Positions 25,345-37,378 are shown, counted from the first letter of the whole stretch. The stretch: 63,289 nucleotides of DNA, filler included, from Saprolegnia diclina VS20 (GCF_000281045.1; 5 parts of 3 records of this genome joined end to end with filler, not necessarily neighbours in it), one strand, 5' to 3'. The notes: generated from the letters alone by a model not told the origin. Numbers and translations are program-made.

Positions 25345-25939
25345 NNNNNNNNNNNNNNNNNNNNNNNNNNNNNNNNNNNNNNNNNNNNNNNNNNNNNNNN
25401 NNNNNNNNNNNNNNNNNNNNNNNNNNNNNNNNNNNNNNNNNNNNGAACGGTTGAATGTAGCGAGACATCGTGCTGGCCGGAGGATGAGACGTGAATAAAT
25501 ACGCACCGCATCAGACGCGAAGCGAGCGGACAGCAGTTGCGGTGCCTTCAAGGTTCCGGCATCACAATCATGAGCAAAGGTCAATAAACAGCTGTTTATT
25601 GACCCTTGTCTTGGGCAATTCATTGGAAAGGCCGATGTCATTTCGGTGGTGTGTGTTTGTACGTTTCTACGTGCAGGGGCGTCAGGGTTATAGTAGAACG
25701 GTCATATGGATGTTTCGGGGTATTCCTGTATTGGGGCTCCATAATGGAGACTTGGGCTCGTCAACAACTTGGCCATGATGAAGCTCAGAATGGGCAAGTT
25801 ACTCCTAAAGATTTTTTCGGCTTTTCCGCCCCACGACACGCCCAAGAATTGCGCAAGAAATTCCGTTTGTTGGATGCGCAGCCAGAACATTGATTNNNNN
25901 NNNNNNNNNNNNNNNNNNNNNNNNNNNNNNNNNNNNNNN

Positions 25940-25951
25940 TTAATTAATTAA
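25940..25951. other. Artificial contig-join spacer (TTAATTAATTAA within N runs); also at 38524-38535, 45582-45593 and 58824-58835
   Basis: Identical 12-mer giving stops in all six frames, flanked by ~44 N on each side, four times. Confidence 0.95.
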
Positions 25952-27167
25952 NNNNNNNNNNNNNNNNNNNNNNNNNNNNNNNNNNNNNNNNNNNNCCAAG
26001 ACAATCAACGGGGTCCATCCGGCAAAGACACGACCCATGTATCGCTGCGAAAAAATGGAACGTGCGTCTCGGAGTGGAGAAGCGGTTCAAGAATGGTGTC
26101 GTCAAGTACTTTGCGTCGAGCAATCACGAACTTCTCTACTGTGCAAGGTCCAGTACCGTTCATTGACAAGGCCTTCGATTGCGTGTACGCGTTCATTCCC
26201 TCAACATGTTGCATGCCACACCTTGGACAAAGTAGTAGCCAACGAAGAGTGAACGGTTCTGCACTGCCCACAAGATCACAAGATCACCCAAGTGCCGCCG
26301 GTGTCGTTGCCAGAAGGCACAGGAAACGAGTGCAATATTCACCACGTGGTCGTCGCATTTCCCACCTTAGCCAGGCGCGCAGCAACTTCAACATGCCGTC
26401 GAGGCATGGGATTTTCATCGACAGAGCGTGAGCGAGGCGCGGCTACTGGTATGTGGCCAGCGTTCCCAGCCAAGCATCTTATTTATGCTCGCGTGTTGTT
26501 CGTTTCTGGGTGCGGCGTGACCGGTTCCAATCACTCGGTGGGTGCGTTCGAAAATACGAACAAGACGCTTCGATATCCTTGGGAAGCGCGTTGACGCGAC
26601 GCCGTGTGTGCCCGGTAAGCGCCTCGACGCATCAGCTACATGAACAAGTCATCGCTGCAGCGCGGCGTCGCTGTCTCACTCGAACCGGCCTTCGTTGTTG
26701 CCATCGACGACGTCGGCGAATGGCCGACAGCCTCAAGAAACCGCCCAGCGCCAAGGTGCATGTAAACACAGCGGCATATCGCAGGCGCTTCGTCGAGCAC
26801 GCATGCGATCGCGGCTACTCGACGCTCGCTCCGTCGACGTCGCCACCACTCAGCGCTCAAAAGATCGCGGGATGTCCCAGCGGCCCGCGTGTCTAACGAT
26901 CTTTGCCGACACTCGGCGCGCCACCGTCCACTTTCCCACGAGCGTGTCACACGCTGATCACGAGGGTCATCGTACATCGTACCGTACATTAGCTACTTAC
27001 ATTGAGTACAAACGTACGTACACTCGTACAATGTCATGTCGCAAGCTACTTGGGCCAAGAAAAGTTTACCTTGGGCGGGTAATCTTTGAGTGCCTGCGAC
27101 GGGCCGGATCCCTGATTTGCAAGGGATACCAACCAAACATTTCCTTCATTTTTGCTTTTGCTCTCTT

Positions 27168-27593
27168 ATGCTCCCACCAAAGATGTCCCAGCCCGCGCAT
27201 CTTCGGTGCACGTACGCCTACAAGTCGTGCACCAACATGCGCACGTACCGCAACGACGGCGTCCTCCACACGCTCTGCGAATTCCACCGCAACAAGGCGA
27301 ATATGATTCAAAAGACGTATGCGACCAAGCGTCGCCAGCGACTGCGCGCACAGCGCGGTGCGGCCGGCCTCCCGCCGCGCCCCATCCGGTATAGCGGCCC
27401 CATGGAACCGATTCCGTATCGCCCGCTCGCGCCGCCGACGCCGCTCTCGATCGAGCCCATGGACCTCCAAGCTCTCACAATGTTTCTGCCTGAGATGACC
27501 GACGACATTGAGCCGACCAACGTGTGGTCAGAAGCTACGCCCCTCTCGGACGAAGAAAAGGAGTTTCTCTCCGAACTCATGCCGTCCGAGTGA
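27168..27593 (+). CDS. Oomycete-type Cys/His micro-protein, putative zinc-binding regulator (paralogue 1)
   Basis: CTYAYKSC...R.YRNDGVLHTLCEFHRNKANMIQK.YA.KRR followed by an acidic tail; Inr-like TCATTT at 27146; alternative ATG at 27183. Confidence 0.75.
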   Translation: MLPPKMSQPAHLRCTYAYKSCTNMRTYRNDGVLHTLCEFHRNKANMIQKTYATKRRQRLRAQRGAAGLPPRPIRYSGPMEPIPYRPLAPPTPLSIEPMDLQALTMFLPEMTDDIEPTNVWSEATPLSDEEKEFLSELMPSE

Positions 27594-28657
27594 CATCGCC
27601 CGCGACTATTGCGTGCGTGCTAGAATATATATATAAAATCTAATAAGTTAAACCCCTCGATATCGAGAAACCCACATTCCTCGTATGCAATAGTGTGTAA
27701 AATCGGATTGGATTCGGTGGCACAGAAAATGGTGCGAAAAGTCCGGAATGCATGTTTCTACCCACGATAGAGAATGCACTTGCAGGCAAGTGTCGTTGCC
27801 AAAGGACACTAGAGCCACGTCAAGCCACCTCGATACAATGAGGTCGCTCCACGTGCACGCTTCCTTAGGGCACCCACGCCTCGCGTCCGCAGACGATTTC
27901 ACTAGTCTGCGATGCTTTGCTTACATGACACTTAGAAACTGTCATGGTTTATTGACTCATGAAACTGTCAAGTGTCATACGTGCGAGCGCTTCGTCATGC
28001 GCACTGGAGCCACAAGGTCGCCCAAATAACAATAGCGTCTTGAAACTGCTCGCCCGTCCACGCAGCGGTGACCAATTAAAGGGCACACGGTTGTGGCTAG
28101 TCGTTGTGTAGGCATGACTTTAAACACACAGAGATAATGCACGGATCCAAGTATCCAGTCGCTTACTTGTGTGTCCATGGGTCGTACGAGTCTAGTGCCT
28201 CATATCAATACCGGATTCATGCCGCTGAACCCTTTGAGCGCAGCGTGCATGTAACCAACACACGTCAGCACGATCACGAGGCCGCAATCCGTTGACGCTC
28301 TACATACTATACACATGCACACAAGTAAACGTGGCTATTCGTGCTGTGCCCCATAGTATCCTTTCCGACGCCTAGTCCATTTGCTCATAGTGCGTACGCG
28401 AAACGATGTCAACGCAGCGCAATTCAAAAGTTTTCATGTGGGACACGTTCCCGTACATTTGTTTTGTACGCTTTTTATCTTGAAATTTGTATTTGATTGT
28501 ACGCGTACGTACATTGGCGCGTCGCACGAGCCCGCGACCCTAGTCGCTGAATTCGCTCTGTCAACTCGACTGATGGTCAATGCTTTGTTGTCGCTTGCTT
28601 CTGCCTGATGCATCAACGCCGCGACGACTTGAACAGCTCACGCCAGAATGAAATACC

Positions 28658-29101
28658 ATGTGCAGTCGTCACAGCAACAGTGCATCGCCGGCCACGAGCG
28701 ACGACGAGCGATGCCGGTACACCTACTCGAAATGTCCCAACCCGCGCATTTACCGGCGAAGCGGCGTGCTGCACACGCTCTGCGAGTACCACCGCACCAA
28801 AGCCAATGCGATCCAAAAAGCGTATGCGGCCAAGCGTCGCCAGAGCCAGCGCGCGCAGCGCAAGCAGCAAATCTTGGCCCAGCGCCAGCGTGAAGTCGCG
28901 TCCGGCTTGCCAGAGCCGATTCCATTTTCGGTGCCGCAACGCGCGACGACGTCCGATGTTGCCGACATGGCCATCGTCGCGCTGCTTCTTTCGGATACGC
29001 AGCTCGATGAGATAGAGCCCTTTGACGTCCAACAGCCTCCTACCCAGTGGTCTGAGGACGAGTGCGATTTTCTTGACGAGCTCTTGTCTAGTCCACCGTA
29101 G
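28658..29101 (+). CDS. Oomycete-type Cys/His micro-protein (paralogue 2)
   Basis: CRYTYSKC...R.YRRSGVLHTLCEYHRTKANAIQKAYAAKRR...WSEDECDFLDELL; clear paralogue of 27168-27593. Confidence 0.75.
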   Translation: MCSRHSNSASPATSDDERCRYTYSKCPNPRIYRRSGVLHTLCEYHRTKANAIQKAYAAKRRQSQRAQRKQQILAQRQREVASGLPEPIPFSVPQRATTSDVADMAIVALLLSDTQLDEIEPFDVQQPPTQWSEDECDFLDELLSSPP

Positions 29102-29260
29102 AGGCCGCGCGGCATGACCAAACGGTCCTAGATGTATGTGTTTTATCAAATTCCAACCGATCCTTGTCGTTTTCGATCCATTGTTTCGGGAGCAAGGACA
29201 GGAGGCTGCCACGTCATTCGCTCAGACTCAGATGGTGACGTGGCAGTCTCTGCGTCGACC

Positions 29261-30738
29261 TCAAATACGAACGGCAGATCTTATTGTGCTGCATTTCATG
29301 ATGAGCGAGTGCTTTGCAATAGATCGGAATCGCCGTAGCGCCTTCTGGCGACGTGAAGATACACTTGATGAAACTATGTAAACAATCCAAACGAACCGGC
29401 GCGCGCATGGTTGCCGACTCTGAGACACGAAGAGAGCTAAGCTTTGAGTCGCACGCTGCTCGCATTTGTCTCTCGCGTTGGACAACGCTTGCGCTTGCGC
29501 TGCAGTAAGAGCTGGGCGCCTTGGTTCCAAGCAGCGGTTGGCAGCTTGGCCTACACACGATCCGGTCTGAGTCCCGCCGTCCCTTGTCGAACGTGTTCGT
29601 ACACGTGGCTCGGCAACACTTAGCGGCATCGACACCCACTTGGTCGCTTCGTTGGCGACGAGAAAGTCTTGTTGCGGGCCAATGACGCTACCCGGGCGAC
29701 AGAGTCTACAACTCCTTCTGCATCATATACCAGGGTTGTTGATGCGGTACCGTAGCCAGCCAATGGCTTGTTTCGCCGAGAACCCGTCGTGCTGCATGAG
29801 GTAGGCAGCAATGCACGTGCCCGTGCGACCGAGTCCCGCCTTGCAGTGCACTGCGACCGCCTATGCCTGACCGTATGACGCGCATTCCATTAAGAAATAC
29901 CCCTGGTGTCGCGTTGCACGCATCAAAGAAGGTGCGCAAGAGGACCTCGGAGGGAGTGGTGCCGTCCGGAAAGCTCAAGTCAACGTGCTCAATGCCCCTT
30001 TCGGTAAAGGCCGTGGCGTCGTACAGCGGCTCGTTCAAGCCCACGACGAGCGTGATGTTGTGGCGTTGAAAATATGGGACAAAAAAAGACGGCGGGTGCG
30101 TCGTCGCCGACGGACCTGCAAACGCCAGTAGACGCGGCGTGATCCAATTCAAGTTGCCGTGCTCGACGCTCTCGTAGTGGACATAGTCGGCCACACTAAA
30201 TCGATCGCGAACAACGTACTAGCATCGTATTTTGAGAATGCGGCGAAGTTCGCACCACGTACCTTGCGCGCAAGCGCGTTCGCAAATCCTTCGACCACAT
30301 CCAAGACGGAGAGCTCGAACGAGCACTCGTCGTCCGTGGCGTCGTGAAAGTAGGCTACTTGCGTGTCGTGGAATGGGCGCAGTGCGTCGGCGGGCGTCAT
30401 GCCAGCGCACAGCACAGCATAGCAGCCCAGGAGGCACATCTAATGCATGTAATGAGAGGCTGTATCTATCGAGAGAGCACCATGTTGGCTTGCTCTTCGA
30501 GGCCATGGCGCGTGCACGCGTGGACGACCTTGTGCTCGCGCTTGGCTTGGGCGACGAGCGCGGAGAGGTCGTCGCAAAACTGCATCGTCGTGCCCAAGTG
30601 GAACGGGCCAAAGTCTTCAAAGTACGCGATATAGCGGTAGTCGGCGTTGAGGTAGAGGACGTCGGGCGCCTTGGGCATGGGCGCGTCGTACGCTACGTAG
30701 TAGAGCGATCCGTCAAGCAGCGGGACTTGCGTTGGCAT
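29261..30738 (-). CDS. CDC14: Cdc14-like dual-specificity protein phosphatase (multi-exon; 3' end uncertain)
   Basis: [46 protein letters not shown], catalytic [30 protein letters not shown] across GT-AG introns. Confidence 0.9.
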
Positions 30739-32004
30739 GGTCAAGTTGGAACTGGCCTCGCTTGCAAACATAAAATACGCCACGCGGATTGGCCAACGCC
30801 CGGCATATTGGACCAATCAAATGCGCGTATGCGGAATTTCAGATCGTTCAAGTTGACGACCTCCATGCCCCAAAACACCTCGATCAATCTGCCAATATCG
30901 ACACGAATAATTCTACCAGTTGTACGTTGTCTGGGGTTTCTCGCGGGCAATTTGCCCGTGCAAGACTCCACCTAGGAGCTACAGCAGGTAGTCGAGCTCG
31001 GTTGTAAAGTAAGCAAGAACCCTTTTCCCGCTTGTGGCATTTACATGTATTGACCAACTTGATCAAAAGGGCTAGGACAATGTCGTCTTGACATCGCCCA
31101 TGGTAAACCTGTAGCTCAGATCTGCGGCCGGTGACGAGCAATCAACGAGTGGAATTGTTCTCAGATAACCCTAGGGGGCTGGTTGCACGCTCCATTGAAG
31201 ATGATACACGCACCTGACCCCGCAGTTTTCTGCGCCAGGCGACGAGTCTCGTATGTCGTAGAATGCCAGCGCGACGTCAACGGCTCCAAGTTCACATTGC
31301 CTAATTGGAGTACCAAAGCGTCAATAATATGCTCTGCATCGCCTGGAGGTGACGCCGGCCGTCTTGCACATCGCGGCTCAACGCATTTGTCCGGATAAGA
31401 TCTGGATGGCTGTGTCTGGCGTTACTCGCCCTCTCCCGGATCCGGATATAGGATCATTTCCCATGACCGTCTGCATCGACGAGCACTCGGTCCCTGCAGG
31501 CTGCGGTGGTTGCTTTAGCCCAACACTTGAGGCCTTCTACAATCCATGAACTGACCGCACGTGCTCGATGCCACAAGATCACTGGTCGAGCCTCCACCTA
31601 CGATATTATTGCTAGGCGAGGAGTTTAGACACGCAAGGTCGGATACATGTATCAACGAGCCTCTTCACCGACGATGGCGGTCTGAGCTCAATCGATTTTA
31701 CAATCACCAGTAGCAACCACGCCGAGGGAACCTCGTCCTATTAGTCGTTGGGTGCTATTCACGTTCAATTCACCACTGCCACACACGTCTGCGATCGGCT
31801 TCGCAACGCGATTGTCGGACCATCACTGACGTAGCTCCAGCGAAATAGCAGGTTTCTATGGGCCGAGTGAGACGCTTGTGAGAAAGCGGCCTCCAATCGG
31901 GAAGCTTGCGCGCATGTTCTTTGTGGGCGCTGGGCGCCCGAGTGATGGTCGGCGCCGCCCCCAGCGGTGATTCGGTGGCCTTCATTCTCGATATACGACG
32001 TCCC

Positions 32005-32400
32005 ATGGCGCTGCTGCAGCTCAAGAAGCGCCGGCTCCTCGACGACGACTGCAGCCAGGACGATGACCAGCAAGCGACGACGCAGGTGGCCAAGCGGCCC
32101 TGCGTCCGGCCCAACCCCGTCCTGCAGACCGAGAAGATGCAGTCGGTGCTGCGCGGCCTGCGCCATGTCGCGACCTGCGCCGGCTGCGACAATAAGCTCT
32201 GCGCCTCGACGCTCGCCTTTGTCAAGAAGGTAGAGCTGCACCTCGCAACGCAGCCCGCAGGCCACGACCGCAGTGCCTGCGCGGCGTGCAAGCTCTGGAC
32301 CATGATCGTGCAGGACCATGCGGCCGACTGCGCCCAAGCGCGCTGCCTCGTACCCCTCTGTGCCACCTACCGCCGCCGGCGCGACGACCCACCGATATAG
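32005..32400 (+). CDS. Stand-alone TAZ zinc-finger protein (131 aa)
   Basis: LRHVATCAGCDNKLC...HLAT...CAACK...HAADC...CLVPLC forms three HCCC-like clusters of the TAZ fold; basic KKRR NLS-like N-terminus. Confidence 0.75.
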   Translation: MALLQLKKRRLLDDDCSQDDDQQATTQVAKRPCVRPNPVLQTEKMQSVLRGLRHVATCAGCDNKLCASTLAFVKKVELHLATQPAGHDRSACAACKLWTMIVQDHAADCAQARCLVPLCATYRRRRDDPPI

Positions 32401-32654
32401 TCGACCCCATGGGACTACGCGCGATCCTCATATCGTCGTCGTCGCTCCTGTGCCTTCGCCGCGCCGCCCAATCCTTTCCTGTACAGCGACCGACCTGCCC
32501 GATTCTTGGCACGACCTGTGTACAGACTCCGCCGCATGCAGACAATCGGCGAGCAGGCCTCAAACGCGCGACGAGGCGACCCACGACCACCAAGATGAAG
32601 ATACCAGACGAGAAAGAGTGTGTGGGCGAGCAAATATAAATGACGCAATAGAGA

Positions 32655-34761
32655 TCACGGACGTTCGTAGTCCGACAAACCGCTACTGCTCATACTACTG
32701 ATGGTCGCATGCGACTCGGTCTCTTGTTGGCGCTGCTTGCCAAAGACCGGCATGAGGTACTTGGCGTCCATGTCGTTCCAGATGCCATGCATGCCCGTCT
32801 CGGCCGTCGGCGAGATCGGGTCGCCGCCGCAATCGTGCACCTCGTCAAGGAGCTTGACCGCTTCGGGGCGCCTATACACAGCAGAATGTCCGATCATCTT
32901 CGCACCGAATGGCCTTGGTCTTGCAGAACGTACAGGAATGGCGACGGCGCATGGCGCTTCCCGAGCCCGACGTACGTCAAGAGCGGGCCGGTCGAGACGC
33001 CAAAGACCTACATGGCGCGTGCATCAGACGCGCTTCACGAGCGTCGAGCGTCGCACGAGGGTTGTAAACATGACGGTGAAGAGCGTACTGCTCTTGATGA
33101 CGCCGGCGTGCGACTCGTCCGGCGTCCAGACGTTGAGCGCAAGGGCAAACGCGATCGCACCGCGGAGACCCGAGAACCAAATGACCACCATGTGCTACTC
33201 CAGCTCCTCTCAGCATCCAACAAGGCGCAGAGCGTCGATACCGAAAATGGAATCGGGTCCTTCCGACCGAGGTTGGCGAGGGCGCAGAGCGGAAACGTGT
33301 TGGCGGCGCGCGCCAGCAGCAGCACGAGCAGCTGCAGAATGAGAAAACGCCAGTCCCACTTGAACGACGACGAGTCTACACAGTCCATGAATGCGAGCAA
33401 GGGCAAGGCGAGCGTCGTCGTACATGCGACGACCGAGACGCCAAGGTAGAGAAAAATAAAGTTCTCGGCCAGAAATGCCAGCGTCGCGAGGAGGTGCTTG
33501 AGCGCGGTGGCACTCTCCTGCGACATGTTGGTCAAGTGGTAGTGGCTCATGAGCACGCCCGAAAAGAAGAGCGCGACGATGCCAGAGAGACCCGCGAGGT
33601 CGCCGACCACGTAGCTAAAGACACAAGGGACTGAATCAAAACCAAGGGTTTGTGGAAGTACCTAATGTAGGCCGAGAGAAGCACGATTGAGATCTCATAG
33701 TGCGGGTACTGCTGCAGCATTGGGTCGGCAATCTAGCCTCGCAGATGAATAAAGAATATATGGCGAGGTTACCTTGAGCATAAAGGCCGAGATGAAGCAA
33801 ACTGCGGCCGCGAGCGCGACCGAGCCAATGCCGATGGCGAGCACCTTGAGCACGACCATGAACGCCGCGTGGTGGTCGACGTCGCTGACGCCATGACGAA
33901 TAAACTCTTGAAAGAGCGTAAATACCACAATCGCTACAACAAAATTCGTATAAGTTGGCGAAAAATCGACCCCAAATGTCAAAGTGGACGCAAAATGGTC
34001 GCAAAATAGTCGAAAATGCAAGCAGCGTACCGACGCCGTCGTTGAGGACGCTTTCGCCAAAGACGAGGTTGAAGAGCATGGGCGGCGCGTCGTTCTTCTT
34101 GAAGACTGAGAGCGTCGCGACAGGGTCCACGGCCGAGATGAGCGACCCGTAGAGATAGGCTTCGGCCGGCGTCAGCGCCGTAATGAGCCCGAGGCGCCCG
34201 AGCCAAATCAAGAGCCCGCCCGTGATGAACGTTGCCACGAGTGTTCCGACGATCGCGAGCAGCAAGATGGTCGAAAAATTGGTGAAAAACCCCTACATGA
34301 CGACCGTACAGTCGCGTGGCAACGATGGCTCGAGCAACGTACGCGCTTCTTCATGCTAAACCCCGCCTCGAGGATGATGGGCGGCAAGAGGCTAATCGCA
34401 TGCATCGTACGGAGTCATATGCCGAGAGAAGGTACCCGAAGAAAAGGACCTGCGGGTTGAGCCCGATCTTGTCGACAGGCGTGCAGAACTTGAGCACTGC
34501 GCCAAACTACATGCATCTTCAGGAAGAAGGAAGAGGCGAGAGCGAGCGTACGCAGAGGCCAAAGACGATCGCATACGCCGACTCGGGGATCATCATCGTG
34601 TGGGTCGTCGCGCGGTCGAGCCGGTAGCCGAGGAAGACGAGCAGCAGCTGGAGCACTGCGCAGACGAGCAGCTCGACGCCCGTCCAGGCCTCTTCCGCGC
34701 GGACCGCGTCCAGCATGATCTCGGCCGGCGCCATCGCCATGCTCCCTTGTGCTTCTTCCAT
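32655..34761 (-). CDS. CPA1 Na+/H+ exchanger (NHX/NHE8-like), many short introns
   Basis: IPES, FFFGYLLPPIILEAG, YGSLISAVDPVATL, LVFGESVLNDG, GLSGIVALFFSG, AFLAENFIFLYLG, WFSGLRGAIAFAL, HGIWNDMDAKYLMPVFG. Confidence 0.92.
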
Positions 34762-35066
34762 CGTCGCAGGATCTGCTAGATTTCTTGCGAATTTTGAAAA
34801 CCTCTTTCAATTGATATTCCAGTTGCAACACCTTTCACAGTCGATATAGGATCTGCGTGCACACAGAGTTTCCCAAACTCAATCTCAAATCGTGTTCTCA
34901 ATACCCAATCTCAAATCGACCTTACACTTGCGACCAACGACACTGCTCCACACGCCTCTCGAGACGACAAAAACTCAAAATACGCTACGTATGCATGAAT
35001 GGAGGACTCACGTCAACGAGTTGAGGGAGGCAAATAAGAGGTGCTGGCGTGGGCGGCGCGACAAAG

Positions 35067-36272
35067 CTAGAGCACCGTGGCCGAGATGACACCAGCNNNN
35101 NNNNNNNNNNNNNNNNNNNNNNNNNNNNNNNNNNNNNNNNNNNNNNNNNNNNNNNNNNNNNNNNNNNNNNNNNNNNNNNNNNNNNNNNNNNNNNNNNNNN
35201 NNNNNNNNNNNNNNNNNNNNNNNNNNNNNNNNNNNNNNNNNNNNNNNNNNNNNNNNNNNNNNNNNNNNNNNNNNNNNNNNNNNNNNNNNNNNNNNNNNNN
35301 NNNNNNNNNNNNNNNNNNNNNNNNNNNNNNNNNNNNNNNNNNNNNNNNNNNNNNNNNNNNNNNNNNNNNNNNNNNNNNNNNNNNNNNNNNNNNNNNNNNN
35401 NNNNNNNNNNNNNNNNNNNNNNNNNNNNNNNNNNNNNNNNNNNNNNNNNNNNNNNNNNNNNNNNNNNNNNNNNNNNNNNNNNNNNNNNNNNNNNNNNNNN
35501 NNNNNNNNNNNNNNNNNNNNNNNNNNNNNNNNNNNNNNNNNNNNNNNNNNNNNNNNNNNNNNNNNNNNNNNNNNNNNNNNNNNNNNTAGAGAACGCAGCC
35601 GGGGGTCGCGGCACAGTCGTTGCAGCAGTTAGCGGCCGTCGGCTGCGATGTTGATGCAATGTCGTTACCGGGGTAGTCGATGTTGCTCTGGTAGTTGGTG
35701 CAGGTCGTTGGCGTTGGCGTTGGTGTCGGTGTTGGCGTCGGTGTTGGCGTCGGTGTCGGTGTCGTGCCAAGAAACCCCGACTGTGCGCCCGGCTTGTTGG
35801 ACGGCGCGCCTTGAGCCGACTTGAGGTAGCACGTGCCGCCGCTCTGGTTCGTCCAAACGTAGAGGATGCACCCGGGCGTGGCCGCGCAGTCGTTGCAGCA
35901 GTTGCTGGGGTTCGCTTGAGACGTCGACTTGATGTCGTTGCCAAAGTAGTCGATGTTGGGCTGCAAGTTGTTGCACGTACTAGGCACGAGGAACGCCGCC
36001 TGCGCACCCGGCTTGTTGGACGAGGTGCCCGCTGCGCTCTTGAGGTAGCACGTGCCACCGCTCTGGCTCGTCCAGACATAGAGGATGCACCCCGGGGTGG
36101 CCGCGCAGTCCCCGCAGCAATTGCTGGGGCTCGCTTGGGACGTCGACTTGATGTCGTTGCCAAAGTAGTCGGTGTTGGGCTGGATGGTGGAGCACGTCGC
36201 CGCGCCGACGACGCCGATGGAGGCCGCCGAGAGCGAGAGCAGAAGCGCTGCGTAGGTCCCGAAGCTGCGCAT
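35067..36272 (-). CDS. Secreted PAN/Apple-repeat protein (CBEL-related) with PT linker; gap inside
   Basis: Signal peptide; repeated C..(N/T)xDY(F/P)GNDI...CCxDCAATPGCxLYVWT...GGTCYLKS modules; (TP)n linker; ends AGVISATVL*. Confidence 0.88.
   Translation of the reverse strand: MRSFGTYAALLLSLSAASIGVVGAATCSTIQPNTDYFGNDIKSTSQASPSNCCGDCAATPGCILYVWTSQSGGTCYLKSAAGTSSNKPGAQAAFLVPSTCNNLQPNIDYFGNDIKSTSQANPSNCCNDCAATPGCILYVWTNQSGGTCYLKSAQGAPSNKPGAQSGFLGTTPTPTPTPTPTPTPTPTPTTCTNYQSNIDYPGNDIASTSQPTAANCCNDCAATPGCVLXXXXXXXXXXXXXXXXXXXXXXXXXXXXXXXXXXXXXXXXXXXXXXXXXXXXXXXXXXXXXXXXXXXXXXXXXXXXXXXXXXXXXXXXXXXXXXXXXXXXXXXXXXXXXXXXXXXXXXXXXXXXXXXXXXXXXXXXXXXXXXXXXXXXXXXXXXXXXXXXXXXXAGVISATVL
35705..35764 (-). 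repeat. Hexanucleotide coding repeat encoding a (Thr-Pro)n linker
   Basis: ACACCG/ACGCCA-type units translating as TPTPTPTPTPTPTPTPT. Confidence 0.85.
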
Positions 36273-36286
36273 GACAAATCGGATTC

Positions 36287-36338
36287 AAAAGTGAGCCGCT
36301 CCGTGCAGCTCGTACTGGAAACAGCTTGCGGTTTGTAT
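36287..36338 (-). promoter_or_regulatory. Oomycete Inr-like element plus upstream motif ATACAAACCGCAAGC
   Basis: Minus strand reads ATACAAACCGCAAGC, ~30 nt, GCTCACTTTT, then ATG ~20 nt later; same arrangement before the paralogue at 37387. Confidence 0.55.
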
Positions 36339-37316
36339 CCACATACTAACCCAAAGACAGGACCATATCTCGAAGCGCCCAACGGTTGAGGCTAGGGCTA
36401 CGCGTCCCGACCAGTCTTACCCTTGTACGTCATTCCAAGTTTGGTCACCGGCGGCTAAAATTTGACGCATGCAACCTTTGACATCTCGTCTGCTGAGCCG
36501 GGAACTCGGCTCAGGTCGCTCGTAGGGTCGTCTCAGCCTCGGGAAACCAAGACAAGAGATGTGAAGCGTACCACGTCGAAAGCGACGAAGCTCGAGATGG
36601 CTGCGTTGGATGACGCGGTCGCATCATAGCAGCTTGTCCGAGTACGCCATGAGCATCGACCACAGCGCATCGTTGAACAGCACCGTCGCCGCCATGCTGA
36701 TGCAGAAGCTGATGGCGCTGTCATATCCGGACAACACTCCACGACGCGGTGATTGGTTGATTCAAATGCTTTTTGAACGAATGAAAGTGGCTCGGCGCGT
36801 GCTTTTTAGCCAATCCAAACATATTCCAGCGTTCGGTTTAAGCGCGGGTGGGATTGAGTGGCTACCTTCCTCATACCGCCATGAGCTGGCCCCAAAGCTA
36901 CCGCTGTAGCAAGTGAACGACAAGCTCAGAAAGGCAACGAGCACGGTGCGCCACGTCTGTGGCCCGTGTCATCAAGATTTCCTTCGCATGCAGCTTTACC
37001 CCACCAAGGAGTGCTCACGAGAAGCGATGATCCGAGTGGGCGCGAGGTAGGTCTGCGGAGAACCATGCACAATACTGGAAGGTGGTGAGATGCGAGGGCG
37101 GTCGACCTTCTTGCCACCGCTTGGTCCTACTCGTTTCTTCGTAGCGCTACCGAGCTGGGTTGCACTGTCTGTGTCGTTGGTGAGTCGATACCACAGAGGT
37201 GCGTCATTTGACTCTGGGCTACTTCAAGCGATGCTTGGATCGCGGCAGCTACTCGCCGGAAGAAATGAAAAATATATGCATTCCCACCACCGCGTTGACG
37301 TGTGGTTTGTATGCTC

Positions 37317-37378
37317 ATACAAACCACAAGCGTAACACGACCACGGCCGCATCGTCGCTCGCACTCACTTTTCGATTC
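37317..37378 (+). promoter_or_regulatory. Oomycete Inr-like element plus upstream motif ATACAAACCACAAGC
   Basis: ATACAAACCACAAGC (37317-37331), then ACTCACTTTTCGATTC (37363-37378), ATG at 37387. Confidence 0.55.

Noticed and set aside
25896..25995. TTAATTAATTAA palindrome repeated four times (25940, 38524, 45582, 58824)
   Set aside because: Six-frame stop spacer inside N padding; an artificial contig join, not biology.
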